NCBI GenBank assembly: GCA_048013815.1
Contig: CM106585.1
Location: 2,542,001-2,606,000 of the forward strand
Direction of reading: 5' to 3'
DNA from: Setoptus koraiensis
Taxonomy: Eukaryota > Animalia > Arthropoda
DNA length: 64,000 nucleotides
Shown: one piece after another, positions 33,929-47,200 of the stretch
Numbering within the stretch: position 1 is the first letter of the stretch
Layout of the letters: every line of letters starts with the position of its first letter
The notes under the pieces: model-generated
What the model was told of the DNA's origin: nothing
Databases searched by the model: none
What the model saw: the letters and a program-made list of their open reading frames with translations, nothing else
Translations under genes and position numbers: made by a program

Positions 33929-34363
33929 ATGCTAGATGATAAGTGTTTTGAATTTTTAGATCACACAGCCGACGTACAAATTCACTCATGGGGTGATGAT
34001 CTTAAAGAGGCATTCGAGAATGCAGCTACTGCCATGTCCGCTTATATAACCAATATCGACCAAATCGAGATTCAAGATAAAAAGGAAATAACAGTGGAGG
34101 CGGAAGATTTGCCAGGGCTTCTCTATAGATTCCTGGACGAGTTTCTTTATTTATTTAATGCCGAGCCATATTTTATATCTAAGCGTGTGCGTATATTGGA
34201 GTTTGACAGAAGGAACTTTAAGATACGGGCCGAGGGCTACGGCGAAAGTTTTTCTCTGGACAAGCACACTCAAGGCACAGAGATAAAGGCCATCACCTAT
34301 TCCAATATGCAGATATTTGATGACGATAATAGACACGAAATTTACTGCATTGTGGATATATAA
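33929..34363 (+). CDS. ZBTB8OS: Archease (tRNA ligase activator)
   Basis: FEFLDHTADVQIHSWG, GTEIKAITYS, terminal IVDI. Confidence 0.95.
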   Translation: MLDDKCFEFLDHTADVQIHSWGDDLKEAFENAATAMSAYITNIDQIEIQDKKEITVEAEDLPGLLYRFLDEFLYLFNAEPYFISKRVRILEFDRRNFKIRAEGYGESFSLDKHTQGTEIKAITYSNMQIFDDDNRHEIYCIVDI

Positions 34364-34503
34364 CTTTTTGTTATTTGATCCTTCAATTTTTGCAAAATAA
34401 ATATTCTGTAAATAGCAGCAGACTAAACAAAATTTTGAGACTAAACCATAGATGAATCATGAGAGGACTTAGAGAATGAAGTGTATCGCATGATACAGTT
34501 AGT

Positions 34504-35445
34504 TTAATTCGGTTCGTTTTTGTTCTGGCGTTTTTGTAGGGCGTTGGCTAGGTCTGTACGTAGGGCCTCCTGTTGTTTCTGATCAGACAGAGGACTGATA
34601 GACCTTAAGCCATTGAGAATGCTATTCGTTTTTCCGAAGTATATTTCATTAAGTGTATTGCGAATCTTGTTCTCCATATCTTCAACTAGTTTACCTATAT
34701 TTTCAATGTGGGAATTGGGTTCTGTCACTGTCGCGTCTGATTCAATTTGTCTAGTGAGGCTACCGCCTAAATTCATAGTACCAGAGCTTTGTTTGTTGGT
34801 TTGTAACCATAACATAACAGTGGATATAAGCTTATAATGTACTATCCTACTGCCAGCCTTTTCCTATACATTTTTTTTTTTGATTATTGAGAAAACATAG
34901 GTTAGTAAAATTAGGATATGCAAAAGCGAAAGGAATAAGAAATCTTGTATTATGTTGCCAAAACCTACTGAGGTCTCAAATACATGAATGGAGTCCCAAC
35001 ATCCTTTAATTTTCTTGGAACCATCGCCTGATTTTTTAATGAGAATAACACCAGCGAAACTTTGATTTGGCATGTCTTGGTCCCAAAGATATACAGATGA
35101 GGTGCCACCTTCGAAGTACATCTCTCTGTATTGATCAAAAGCTTGATTAGCGTCGATCTCTAGTTGTCTTAAGCGTTCGTTGGGAACATTGCCATCCTCT
35201 AGAGGTGGATCATATTTATTACTCCATGGTGATCTCCAGGAATCTCCGTCCCTATTGTAGTCACACAACAAGTAGGATTTTCCAGTCTCTTTGTCATGGG
35301 CTATCTTCAAAGGTTGATCCACTGATGATAACAGATCCTCACAGTAATTTGGAATTAAGTCTATAAGATCGCTTAAATTTTTTTCAATATGTTGAGGTGG
35401 CAGACGTCTCATCAAGTCTAGAGCATGATCTAGCTGGTCACTCAT
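34504..35445 (-). CDS. cpb: F-actin capping protein beta; exons 35445-34969 and 34863-34504
   Basis: [37 protein letters not shown] | [22 protein letters not shown]; 105-nt GT-AG intron. Confidence 0.97.
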
Positions 35446-37162
35446 GATGATATAGGTGCTGATAAATAAATAAAATACGCAAAAACAACTTGAAGAATTT
35501 CCTCAAGGGATCAATAAACAAGACATATGGATCTTGAATGTTATTGAAGCAGTTGGTTCAAATGAGCTGTGTTTGCCATTCTTAATCGCGTAAACATCAG
35601 TACAGCAAAAATCCGCGAGGGCGGCTCTTTTTGCAGAAGGAGTGAAATGCGAGCTAGTGGGGTCTCAAAAACTTGCACCTTGCGTCAACAGTGGCGTGGC
35701 TCATATGATTGAATACTTTACATTTATAAGCGCATCAAGGTGGTAGTTTAGTTTCTTTGGCAAAAAAATTGAAATTTTTCTGTCGCATGCATTGTATACT
35801 TGGGGTCATGCTAGACACGATGGTGGAAAATAGTTTTCGGAATGACCACCAGGCAACGCTGCACCTGTATCAAATGTAACGCCAGCGTTAAAGTTGCTGG
35901 ATATTCACATGGCCATATTTGTACACGAACATATTCATACTCATGTATCCACTAGCCTTGCATATCAGCAAGTTGTACGACAAAACGATATTCACTCGCC
36001 GTATATGCAAGTTCACATTGAAAACCTTCAAGTGGCCATCTAGTCGCAGCTTGTATTATATTGTGAAGGCCAATGAGCTTTTGTGTGGGACAATTGTGGC
36101 AGTCAATTGCTGCAGTAAAGTTCATCCCAATGCGAAAAATCGGGGCCAACACATCGGCGCAAGTTTTGAATTACATTCGACCCACCGGTGTGAACCTAGA
36201 TCACCCATTAGAACATATACAACCCTTCTAGGTATGCCTCGATCTGTTACATGAACCGATTGTTTGCAAACTAACTTTAACAATCCCAAAGAGTCTGGTC
36301 GCCGGGTTGCAATATCATTAAAGAAGTTTCTGAGGCAGGGAAAAATTCCCCAATGTGTAGAAAACTTGAGTAGCACTAACTACTGCCTTATCTACTGGTC
36401 ATTGTATCAATACAGAGTGACTCGATTTTTAATCATGACACCCATCAACAACTCGTATTGGTATTTGATTGTTCAGTACAACTGTTGGCTCATCCAGATA
36501 CCTTACTTGTAGTAAATTACTACCAAACAGTGGCATGAGCGCGACCTATATTTATTTATTCTGTTATGAAGTACGCCCTATGAATGCGCAACGTGTCATG
36601 TGTGCTAGTCCAAGGAAGATCGGACCGGTATCATCGGGTAGCCGCCAATGCCCAACGGGTTTGGGCACTTGGCGCAATAAAGATGGCCTCGATATGTGTC
36701 TCAAAAGAGATCATAGAAATGATGTAACAATCTACATATCTAGTTTCGTAGGCATTGACCATTGCTGTTTCAACTAATTGATATAAACGATCCTCGTCGA
36801 TTCGTTTATTATCGAGTACCCTAAATTGATGCGAGTGGTAATGCCCGACTCCTGACCTGCCCACTCAAGGTGGTTAGCAGCGGAACTAAAGGAAGAGGGG
36901 CAGAAACTAAACAAGACAAGCACTAAAATAAATTAGCAGCACCTTGCATCACTGAATATAAATAACTATTTGTGCTTGTCATCCCCTCATATAAATCGTA
37001 ACCCTCGCCGCAACAACAGTCGCAATACATAACAACAATCGTTCTTCATCTTCATATTTTTGACTATTCCATCAAGGTAACAACAAATCATCACACATTT
37101 TAAATTGAGGTGAATTATCTCATCTATTCAGTATATTTTCCTTCTTATCAGCTACTGACTAA

Positions 37163-38518
<1,356 letters not shown>

Positions 38519-39209
38519 AAAAGGAAGAATCAATAAATTGAGTGGAACACCGGACCAATCAGCAGCTTGATAGCATTCCGGTTAGCAAAAAAGCCAGAAA
38601 TTATAACACAACCCAAGTACGCGCAACAACCCCCTTTAAGCAGCCAGCATCCGATTTTAGTATTAGAAAAATTTCCAGAGGGCTCTGTGTGAGCCTCATT
38701 GGGAATGCTCAAGTTTTCATGATAATAGAAGAATAGCTTTTTAACGACCCTAATACTCGTATGATGGATATTAAATGTAACAGCAATAACAACGATATGT
38801 TTTTTTTTTCTTCAACAAACACAATAATAAATACCCCAAGTGAAAATTCCAGATAACATAACAACAATAGGTGCCGCCTCATCTTGAATGTATAGTGCGT
38901 ATTGTTGTCTCTGACATGAACTTGGGCGACGGTGCGCTTTGTCCATGAGCGCAGGTAAGGATGAAGACCGGTGTGAATGGTTTTGTTGATAGCAGCAGCA
39001 GCAGCAGCAACAGATTGCTTGAAACGACACGCACACACGCGCATTCAAACGAACCGATAAGTTGTTGGTGAGGCTCTGATTGAGTGTGAATATTTGAAAT
39101 GCCAGCAGCAATCGATTGTTCTATCCATAATTCTTCACAAGTCGCCATTATTACTTTTGTGTTTATTCATGTCCAATGTGTTCGTGTTTGTGCACTGCGA
39201 GGGAGGAAC

Positions 39210-39462
39210 CAGAGGTGGGCCGAATGCCCGTCCGCGCGAATGATTCGCGCGGATATTCGACCCGCACGGACAAGGGTCGGGTTTGGTCTTATTAAAAATT
39301 TCGCGAATTATATCTGAAATGGAAAAGCTCGGCCATTGGTCGACTATTCGCGGATAACTCGAGAAGGGTTTGAGATATTTTTTTCATCAGTCGGGTAAGG
39401 GTCGGGTGCGGAAAAGAAAGAATTCTTCAAACGGGTCAGGTATTGGTCACGGGTATCTGTAA
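39210..39462. mobile_element. GC-rich ACCCG/CGGGT-motif repeat, probable non-autonomous DNA transposon fragment
   Basis: Starts CAGAGGTGGG; multiple gggtcgggt/cgggt motifs; perfect palindrome TCCGCGCGAATgATTCGCGCGGA at 39231-39253. No matching right TIR. Confidence 0.4.
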
Positions 39463-40214
39463 CCATTTCTAGGAGGAACGCATCGACAAGGGTGAGTCAT
39501 AGAGAGAAGGAGTAGAAAAGGAGATGAGATAGCCAGTCGAATGGCTATCTATGTTCGCTTCTTCTTGTTTTTCTTTTGCAAAAGGAATGCTCTTTTGCTG
39601 AGTCTCACGACCATGAACAAGAGAATTGTTCGATGCGGTTCTGCGTGTGTGTGTGTGTATGTGTATGTGCATCGAACAGCATTTTGGTGACCATACAATC
39701 ATTGGCATTATAGCAACGAAATGCTTGTAGCAATGTGCACACGCTCGCACGAACAAACGGTTTGTCCGTGCGACTTTGTCACTATTGGTCACTGCTGCCT
39801 TTCTGCTCGCTTGTTTCGTGAGTTCGCTCTCTCGCTCATTCGAATTCGAATTTGAGCCACACGAACACTAACACAGACTAGCAGTCGCTGTCCACTTGAG
39901 GCTGCAAACACACACACACACACACACACATACACACGCACACATCTTCAAGTCGCCAAGTAATGTTTGCCTCATTCGAATAGAACATCGAACAATTATG
40001 CATTCATTTAAATATTCTAATCACTATTATTATCATCATTATATTACATTAAATGACATATTATTTACGAATCTCTTGATAAACATCCATCCATGGTCAC
40101 TACATTTTCTCAGCGAACAGAAATAGTATCATCACTATTAATATTATCACCATTATCATTATTATACTATTATTGATTTTAAATGAATTGTCAGCAACAA
40201 TTGTCGTCCAACAA

Positions 40215-41306
40215 ATGTATCCCGTTCTGTGGAATTTAGTGTGCCTAATAATTGTTGTTATTGGCAGCAACGATTTGAGCACTTTGTTTGCTCAGGAAAT
40301 ACCTACTCTAGTGGACAGTGCCAATGATGAAAAAATTATTAATAACAATAATCAACACGAAGATCAGCACCAACAACAGTCACTGTTATTATTGCCTCCC
40401 AATTATGTTGAGGTTAGCCGCATAAATGGCACCTCTGTTATGGTGAGATGGGAGCACAGGGTCGAAAATCCTCTTGAAGTTCAGTTTTACATAGTTCAAT
40501 ATCGTTCGAAAAAGAAGAACGCTCAATGGAAAACGGAAAGCAAAGAAATATCAAGTCAAGCAAGAGCTCATCTAGTGACTGGCCTGAAACCTGGCAACTA
40601 TTCATTCAAGGTGACAGCGGTCTTTAAGACTGACGTACAAGAAAGTAAAGAAAGTGACAAATGTGACTACAAATTAACAGCGGAGAAGAATCTATTACCT
40701 GAAATAATCAAACAGAAACCAATAATTAAAGCACCCGTTTTCACACTATATGAGCCACAATCGGACTCTATCAGATTGAGATGGCAATATGAAGTTGGAG
40801 ATGCACATACAATTGTCGGCTATTTTATTTATTTTAGATCAAATCACGCAGTTACTGACTTTATCATTCAACATTTCACAGATGAGTCTTGTGATATTAC
40901 ATCACTCACGCCAGATACACCTTATGAATTCAAGGTGCAAGCATTCAATGATATAGGTGTCTCAAACACGAGCGATCTCCGAATTGTAAAAACATTGCCC
41001 TCAATACAAACTACTTCTCCACCAATATCAACTAGCACTAGCCAGATCGATGTAACAACACTATCGCCAGAACCGAAGCCTACCGACAAGCTTCTCATAC
41101 CTGTATTGTCGATCATCATTACTATTATTATTACTATTATAGTTATTATTATTATTATCTCTTGCGCCGTCGGATGTTTGCCAAAAAAAGAAAAAACCCA
41201 TGTCGATAAGCAAGTTAATCTACATGCCTCCTATTTTGTAAATTCATTTCCCGAGCACAGTCCTACTAAAGATATTGACGTAGATAGCGATAGTGTCTCG
41301 AAATAA
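40215..41306 (+). CDS. ihog: Ihog/Boi-like type I membrane protein with two FN3 domains, intronless
   Basis: Signal peptide MYPVLWNLVCLIIVVIG. FN3-1 (VSRINGTSVMVRW..IVQYRSKKKNAQW..VTGLKPGNYSFKVTAV) and FN3-2 (IRLRW..IVGYFIYFR..LTPDTPYEFKVQAFN) resemble recalled Ihog Fn1/Fn2. Ile-rich TM segment and short tail follow. Confidence 0.72.
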   Translation: MYPVLWNLVCLIIVVIGSNDLSTLFAQEIPTLVDSANDEKIINNNNQHEDQHQQQSLLLLPPNYVEVSRINGTSVMVRWEHRVENPLEVQFYIVQYRSKKKNAQWKTESKEISSQARAHLVTGLKPGNYSFKVTAVFKTDVQESKESDKCDYKLTAEKNLLPEIIKQKPIIKAPVFTLYEPQSDSIRLRWQYEVGDAHTIVGYFIYFRSNHAVTDFIIQHFTDESCDITSLTPDTPYEFKVQAFNDIGVSNTSDLRIVKTLPSIQTTSPPISTSTSQIDVTTLSPEPKPTDKLLIPVLSIIITIIITIIVIIIIISCAVGCLPKKEKTHVDKQVNLHASYFVNSFPEHSPTKDIDVDSDSVSK

Positions 41307-41588
41307 TATATACACACAACTATATATATACAAATGTATTTATAGAAAAAAATATAATTGTGAATAAATTTTCTCAAACTGTTACTTCTATAGTCGTTAC
41401 ACGCTTTTGTTTATTAATTGAAAAAATATGAGACATTCTTCAGTTTTAAATACAAAAAGTTTGAGATTAATTTTGGCGAGATTGAGTATATATTTTTGAC
41501 GCACCTGATTGATGGCCAATGGGTTTGAATTCCAACTAAAAGAAATTGGAATTCTTAGTAAGTTGTGTTAGTTGATGAGGATGAATGG

Positions 41589-42752
41589 TTATTCACTTAT
41601 GGCATTCAGGTCGCCAAAGGCGTTACTGTCTGTGCAATTTTGTTGTTTTTGTTGTTCGGTATTTGCTATTGTTGACACATCAACAGGTTCTGCCGAGGAC
41701 GGCGAGGGTGCTGAGGGTGGCTTGTCCTGTACGAGGTAGGGATGTTCTAAGGATTTTTTGGCTGTGATTCTTCTATCTGGATTAAAAGTAAGCATATTCT
41801 TCAACAAGTCTATGGCATCATGATCTAGTTCTGGAAAAAATTCTTCAAAATCTACACCAGTGTAACCGGCAAAACTTCTATACTCTAATCGAGTCCCTTC
41901 AGGCCAATCTGATTCTGGCGGTGAGCCAATTTTCTCTAGTATCAGAACCAATTGATGAAGCTCAGTTTCGCCTTTAAACAATGGCTGTCTTCTGGCTAGC
42001 TCTGCAAATATACAGCCGGCACTCCACAAGTCTATAGCGCTAGCGTAACCTTCGCGAGACGCTAATATTACTTCTGGACTTCTATACCATAATGTAACAA
42101 CTAAGGAGGTTTGTAAGGCATGAGGTTTATATAACCTGGCTAGACCAAAGTCTGCTATCTTGACTTGCCCAGAATTTGTGATAAGGACATTCTGAGGTTT
42201 GAGGTCCCTATGTATGATACGGTAAGAATGTATAAAACTTATCCCATCCAATAATTGATACATTATAGACTTAATAAAAAGAAAAAAAAAGAGAATGGGT
42301 AACAAAATATTTAGAAATTTAGGCATCCACATTGGGCATGAGTCTAGATTTTGATTCATAATAATACCTACTTTTATTTGGTCTGAGCTTAGTCCTGAAG
42401 GTGGTGCCCTTGATATATAAGTAGCCAAATCTTGTTCTATATGTTCGAATACCAAGTATAATTTATCATTGTGATCCCTAGAATCTTTGACTGTACATAT
42501 ATCGAGAAGTCTGACAACATTTTTATGATTATCATGACCTAGTTTCCGCAGTAGTGCAACTTCTCTTATAACGTTGGGTGGGATTCCATCCTCCTCGCTT
42601 GGCAGTCTAATCATTTTAAGTGCTATTATATTATCCTTATTCTGAGTGTCACGTGCTTTCCATACATCTCCATAGGCGCCTCCTCCAATCCTGGATAATT
42701 TCTCATAGTTTTTCTTCTTCTCAGTGAAAGCTGTAGTTAAAAAGTCGCTCAT
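41589..42752 (-). CDS. Cdk4: Cyclin-dependent kinase 4/6; exons 42752-42372 and 42269-41589
   Basis: GGGAYG, PPNVIREVALLRKL, LVFEHIEQDL (CDK4/6 hinge His), HRDLKPQN, DFGLAR, VVTLWYR. A 102-nt intron separates DQIK from SIMYQLL. Confidence 0.92.
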   Translation of the reverse strand: MSDFLTTAFTEKKKNYEKLSRIGGGAYGDVWKARDTQNKDNIIALKMIRLPSEEDGIPPNVIREVALLRKLGHDNHKNVVRLLDICTVKDSRDHNDKLYLVFEHIEQDLATYISRAPPSGLSSDQIKVGIIMNQNLDSCPMWMPKFLNILLPILFFFLFIKSIMYQLLDGISFIHSYRIIHRDLKPQNVLITNSGQVKIADFGLARLYKPHALQTSLVVTLWYRSPEVILASREGYASAIDLWSAGCIFAELARRQPLFKGETELHQLVLILEKIGSPPESDWPEGTRLEYRSFAGYTGVDFEEFFPELDHDAIDLLKNMLTFNPDRRITAKKSLEHPYLVQDKPPSAPSPSSAEPVDVSTIANTEQQKQQNCTDSNAFGDLNAISE

Positions 42753-44169
42753 TTTTTGTAGATAATAAAATACTACAAGTGAAGAAGTTATATCTACGAC
42801 TATGTTAGTTGAGTTTCTTTAGTTTGTGCGATGTACTAGTGTAAAAATTTGAATTGAATGATGTAATCTGTGTTATTTGATTGTGCTTTTTCAGAAAATA
42901 AACATCTTTTAGGTAATGTGAGGTAAGATGTTTGTAATGTACTGGACTTTTGAGGTAGTAAAGTTGCGTCAACTATTTGAGTTGAACTAGGTTAGTAAGA
43001 AGCGATCATTTTTGTCGCCCTCGATAATCAAGGTATCGTTCTTTTTGTCATGTTTGGGCTATTGTTCTATGATTCATTCATTATCACGTCAAATTTAGTC
43101 ATTAGAGCGGAACGGTTGAATCTCTATGCGAGGGGGTAATGTATTATTATACTAATGCCTCAGTGTTAAGTATAAATGTGTTAAATTATCTACAATGTAA
43201 AACAATTGTTGCTTTTCTATGTTGTGTTTTATTTTATCTCGTTCTGTTGTGCCTATGATGATGCATTCCTTACTTTACAATAGTCTGGTTTATACTGTTG
43301 CTGATGTTATGATCAATAATTTGCTGCATATTGATTGTGATACAAAATATCGTCGTTATTTTTTGCTGTATATGTCCTCAAGCCATCGCCATTACAATTG
43401 CTATCAATAATAAAGCAACCTAGTCAAGTATGTTTAAGGTGCCCCCCAGTATCAGTAGTGGAATTGGATGCAGCTGCTGTTATCTTCTATTGACTTTCTC
43501 TGAGTTTGTCTCTCTTAAGCTTTCAGTGAGTTATTATTGTTATTATTAATGATGTTGTTATATTGTTGCGGTGTTTGTTGTGGCTGTTGCTGGTGGTGGT
43601 GGTGGTGGTGGTGGTAGTGGCGGCATGTGTGCATATATGTGTGTCGAAAATTTTGTTTTGGTTCTCTATCTCGTCTCTAATGTTAATTTTTATGGCAACA
43701 GAACAATAGTGGAGCAATGAGCTGCAGCATTGTAATTATATTATCATCATTTATGATGTATACAATGATGATAAATACATGTATTTATCTCCTGATGTGT
43801 CTTCTTGTGGGCTCTTGATGATATTTATCTTTCATAATAGTACCTGTCTTGTGTGCGTGAATACAAGTTTGTGCTCTGCTTGGTTATTTGTACCAATTGT
43901 ATTATATTGGTGACGTATGTATATCAAGTAGTATTTTTAATAATTTCTTTTGTATGTTGTAAACATAATTAATTAAATGCTAGCTGCCCGAAGAGATTCT
44001 AATAATATGATTAGTTGCTATACATCAGCAACTATACCAGTGGGCGACAACACTGCGGTGAATTTGAACAAATGATGAAAATTTACTCACTACTTGTGGC
44101 ACTCACTATTGTGACGAGCGAGTTGTGTTGTGATCGTCTCACACAGTGGGCACAAGCACACACTCACAT

Positions 44170-44170
44170 A

Positions 44171-44205
<35 letters not shown>
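44170..44205. repeat. (CA)n microsatellite
   Basis: Run of cacacaca. Confidence 0.9.
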
Positions 44206-47200
44206 CACAACACAGTTGTTCGGTACGTGCAACTTGTTCTTTAATTTCGCATTACTCGTATTCACCGCCAGTATCGTCTTTATGTTTCAACTTGCATGTA
44301 ATTAAGCTACCAACCAACGTTGCCTGTTCTCTCGCGAACACATATAACTACTTGCATGCTGGTACGAATGTACAAATATATCTTGTCACTTACATCATTG
44401 CCTGCATTTGAGTATCCTGTTTGAATGAAGGCAAAAAGAGGCAAGACACAGCACTTCTGTTGCATGTGCTGCCGATTATCGCAAGATGGTTGCTAGATAC
44501 TGCGATTGATAGCAAGATTGTTGTTGGATACATCGGCGAAAGATTTTACAAAATTTCTACAAACAACAAGTTCCGTCGATCGTCACACAGTGCAACAATT
44601 CATATTGAACAGGCATGTGCTAGTGATACTATTACAGGTTAGTTAGTGGGAGAGGGGGGCAGGCGTCCGGAGTTCGAGACTAAAATACCTTTGGTTTGTC
44701 GATCTGTCATTGCACGAGAAAACAAAAAGGGCCAAACAAACAGCGATGCCATGGCTGCCATGCGCTGGTAAAAACAAAACAATCAACTGCACTATAACTG
44801 CAACAATAATACACATTACTACTCTTTATCAGTGCGCCATGGATGGAGAGAGAAAGAAAGAGAGCACAAAACAAGCGGTTTGTTAAGTTAAAAGGCACAA
44901 ATAGTGATATTCTTTTATTAATTTTTGCGCACGGTTTGCGAGGTTGCTGAGTTCTGAGTTCAGAGTCCAAAAGTGTATCTGCGGAGAGTTTTACACGCAG
45001 TTTGTGTGGCTTGAGACAACAAGCAAAAGAAGCCAGCAAAGAAGCGTTCTCTCGGCGGTCACTGGCATATTTGGTGTTGCCGCGCCATTAGAGCGCGGCG
45101 TCCACTTTCTTGTCATTAGTCATCATTCTTTAGTTTCTGTCTATCTGGCTCTCCTCTACTTTTTCTCGGTTCAATCACATGAGATACATATCCAAATGAT
45201 CACCAAGTAATTACAATGCTTCAATTGCTGTGCACCGTCCATCGGAGTGCATCGTGAGACGGACGGAGAACGACGCATTCCAACAAATTCATGTCCCGAT
45301 CTGACCGCGCCGCTAGGCTCATGCTGATACTGCAGCATTGTTATCTATGCTATTTCGTGCTATAGCTTGTCACACTTCCTGTATCAGTCCTTTATAGTAC
45401 AGAGTCTATACAGGTATCGTGTCACTTATGTAAAGTGGAGGGCGATTAGATCTACAAAACTACAGTGTCTCTGACGCAGAAGTGATGTGTCTTCACACCC
45501 TGGCAATTTTTTCGTCCTATCGTTTTGCTCGCTATCATAAGGATGATGGCCATGCATTGATGGATAGATAGGTGCTTGTATGGATAGTGTGGTTGGAATG
45601 CAAACATACAACTGTAGTGTTTACAGTTACCAGTAATGGTAACTTGAATCATGGTTTGTGCGCTCAAATTCACATCTCGGATGTGAATTTGAGAAAAAAG
45701 TCTCAAAATACAAACAACACGTTCCAATACATACATACTGAATTGAAAAAATAAATAAATTGATATAATTGTCGTTTATTGAACTCGAAAATCATGTTTA
45801 TTGTTGTCTGATTGAATCGTGTTGTGCCACACTTTCGTTCGGTCGAAATGTATAACTCATAGTTAATAAACAGTTGACTAGTACTAGTGGCACTAATCAT
45901 CAACAAACTAGCCAAGACGTTTGAGTTGGCTTCACTGAGTTTGCGTCATGCATCATCGAAGCACAAATTAAAAAATAGTATAGTTAGACGCATAGACAGA
46001 AAGATGGAATGAGAAAGAACAGATTGGCCAGCAGAAAATATGAGTGTGTGTGCCATGAAGAAAGTTATTATATATAATACATTTGGCCAATTACAAGATG
46101 TTTGTTCGGAATCTGTGTTAGTAGAGTTGAGCGTTCATCAATCGAATAATAAACAACAACGAAATTAACTTTGTCCTCAAATGAAGTTATATAATAAGTG
46201 TGCGGTAATAATGTCGATATAGTTGCCTCGAGAATTAGGCAACAGTGAGATCCAATTCTCTTCAACGACGACGTCAGCATAACTAATCACATCCAACCAC
46301 AGATAACGCTCAACCACACATATTTATGCATTGTGTGTGCAATGCAATTTTTATATCTGTCTATATAAATAAAAGACGCTGTACAGACTCTCACTATTAG
46401 AGTTATTAAGCCTTTAACTATCAATAGGCACGTAGGAAGCCGCTTATTTAGTAACATTTGAGACAGAAACAGATCTTTGAACCGTAATTGGTGTTACTAT
46501 GCGTTACACTTACTATTGCCTAACTGACTAATGTATAAGGTGGTTGAACTTTTTTCTTTCTCTCTTCTCTCCATGAACTTTTCTTGCTTGTCGATAAGTC
46601 GTAAGATCAATACAGTCAACGATATAATCGAGAAACGACACCGTATTCACACGTATTCTATTGCCAGCCAGAAATGCCTCCATTTGAGTCCGACTAGGCC
46701 ATCATGGCCAAATGATCACCATAACTATGCCATGTTTTATTTTGTGCAATAGCTAATATCCTCTTGTCTCTTCAATGTACATTGTGTATGTGATTTATGT
46801 CCTCATAACAATTAGATGGACAAATATGACAAAGAGGGCTCGATTTCCCTATCAAATGGTTATGGTTAGCGAGAGCACAAGCGAACAATTTTTGTTTGCT
46901 CACGACTTTTGATCTGTTCATTAGTTGCTGCTTAATTAACACGAAGTGAGAGCTTCACTTGCTACTCGATCAGTATCAGGCCAAAACCTTCGAAGCCCAT
47001 TTGATCTGTCCATTGACAAGTGTACACGCTCTAATTTAAGAGGGCGCCCCTAATGGCGCAGACGTATGTTTATACTTTTGATACTAGCTAGATCCTAGCA
47101 TAACGATCTCGGTGAAGGACTTAGCAAATGTTTGCCATTATGAGCATACAAGACCACCTCTAAAGGTCACCACTATCCCAATTTGTATTAGTAATGCGTT

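Noticed and set aside
36380-36460. YWSLYQYRVTRFLIMTP, vaguely like a hAT dimerisation domain
   Set aside because: Too short and degenerate; the SERxFS motif is absent.
42950-42972. TGAGGTAGTA, identical to the first 10 nt of let-7
   Set aside because: No complementary arm to form a pre-miRNA hairpin and the 3' half diverges. As a minus-strand seed match it lies upstream of CDK4, not in a 3'UTR.
44640-44685. GGAGTTCGAGAC B-box-like motif suggesting a tRNA or SINE
   Set aside because: No cloverleaf and no convincing A-box.
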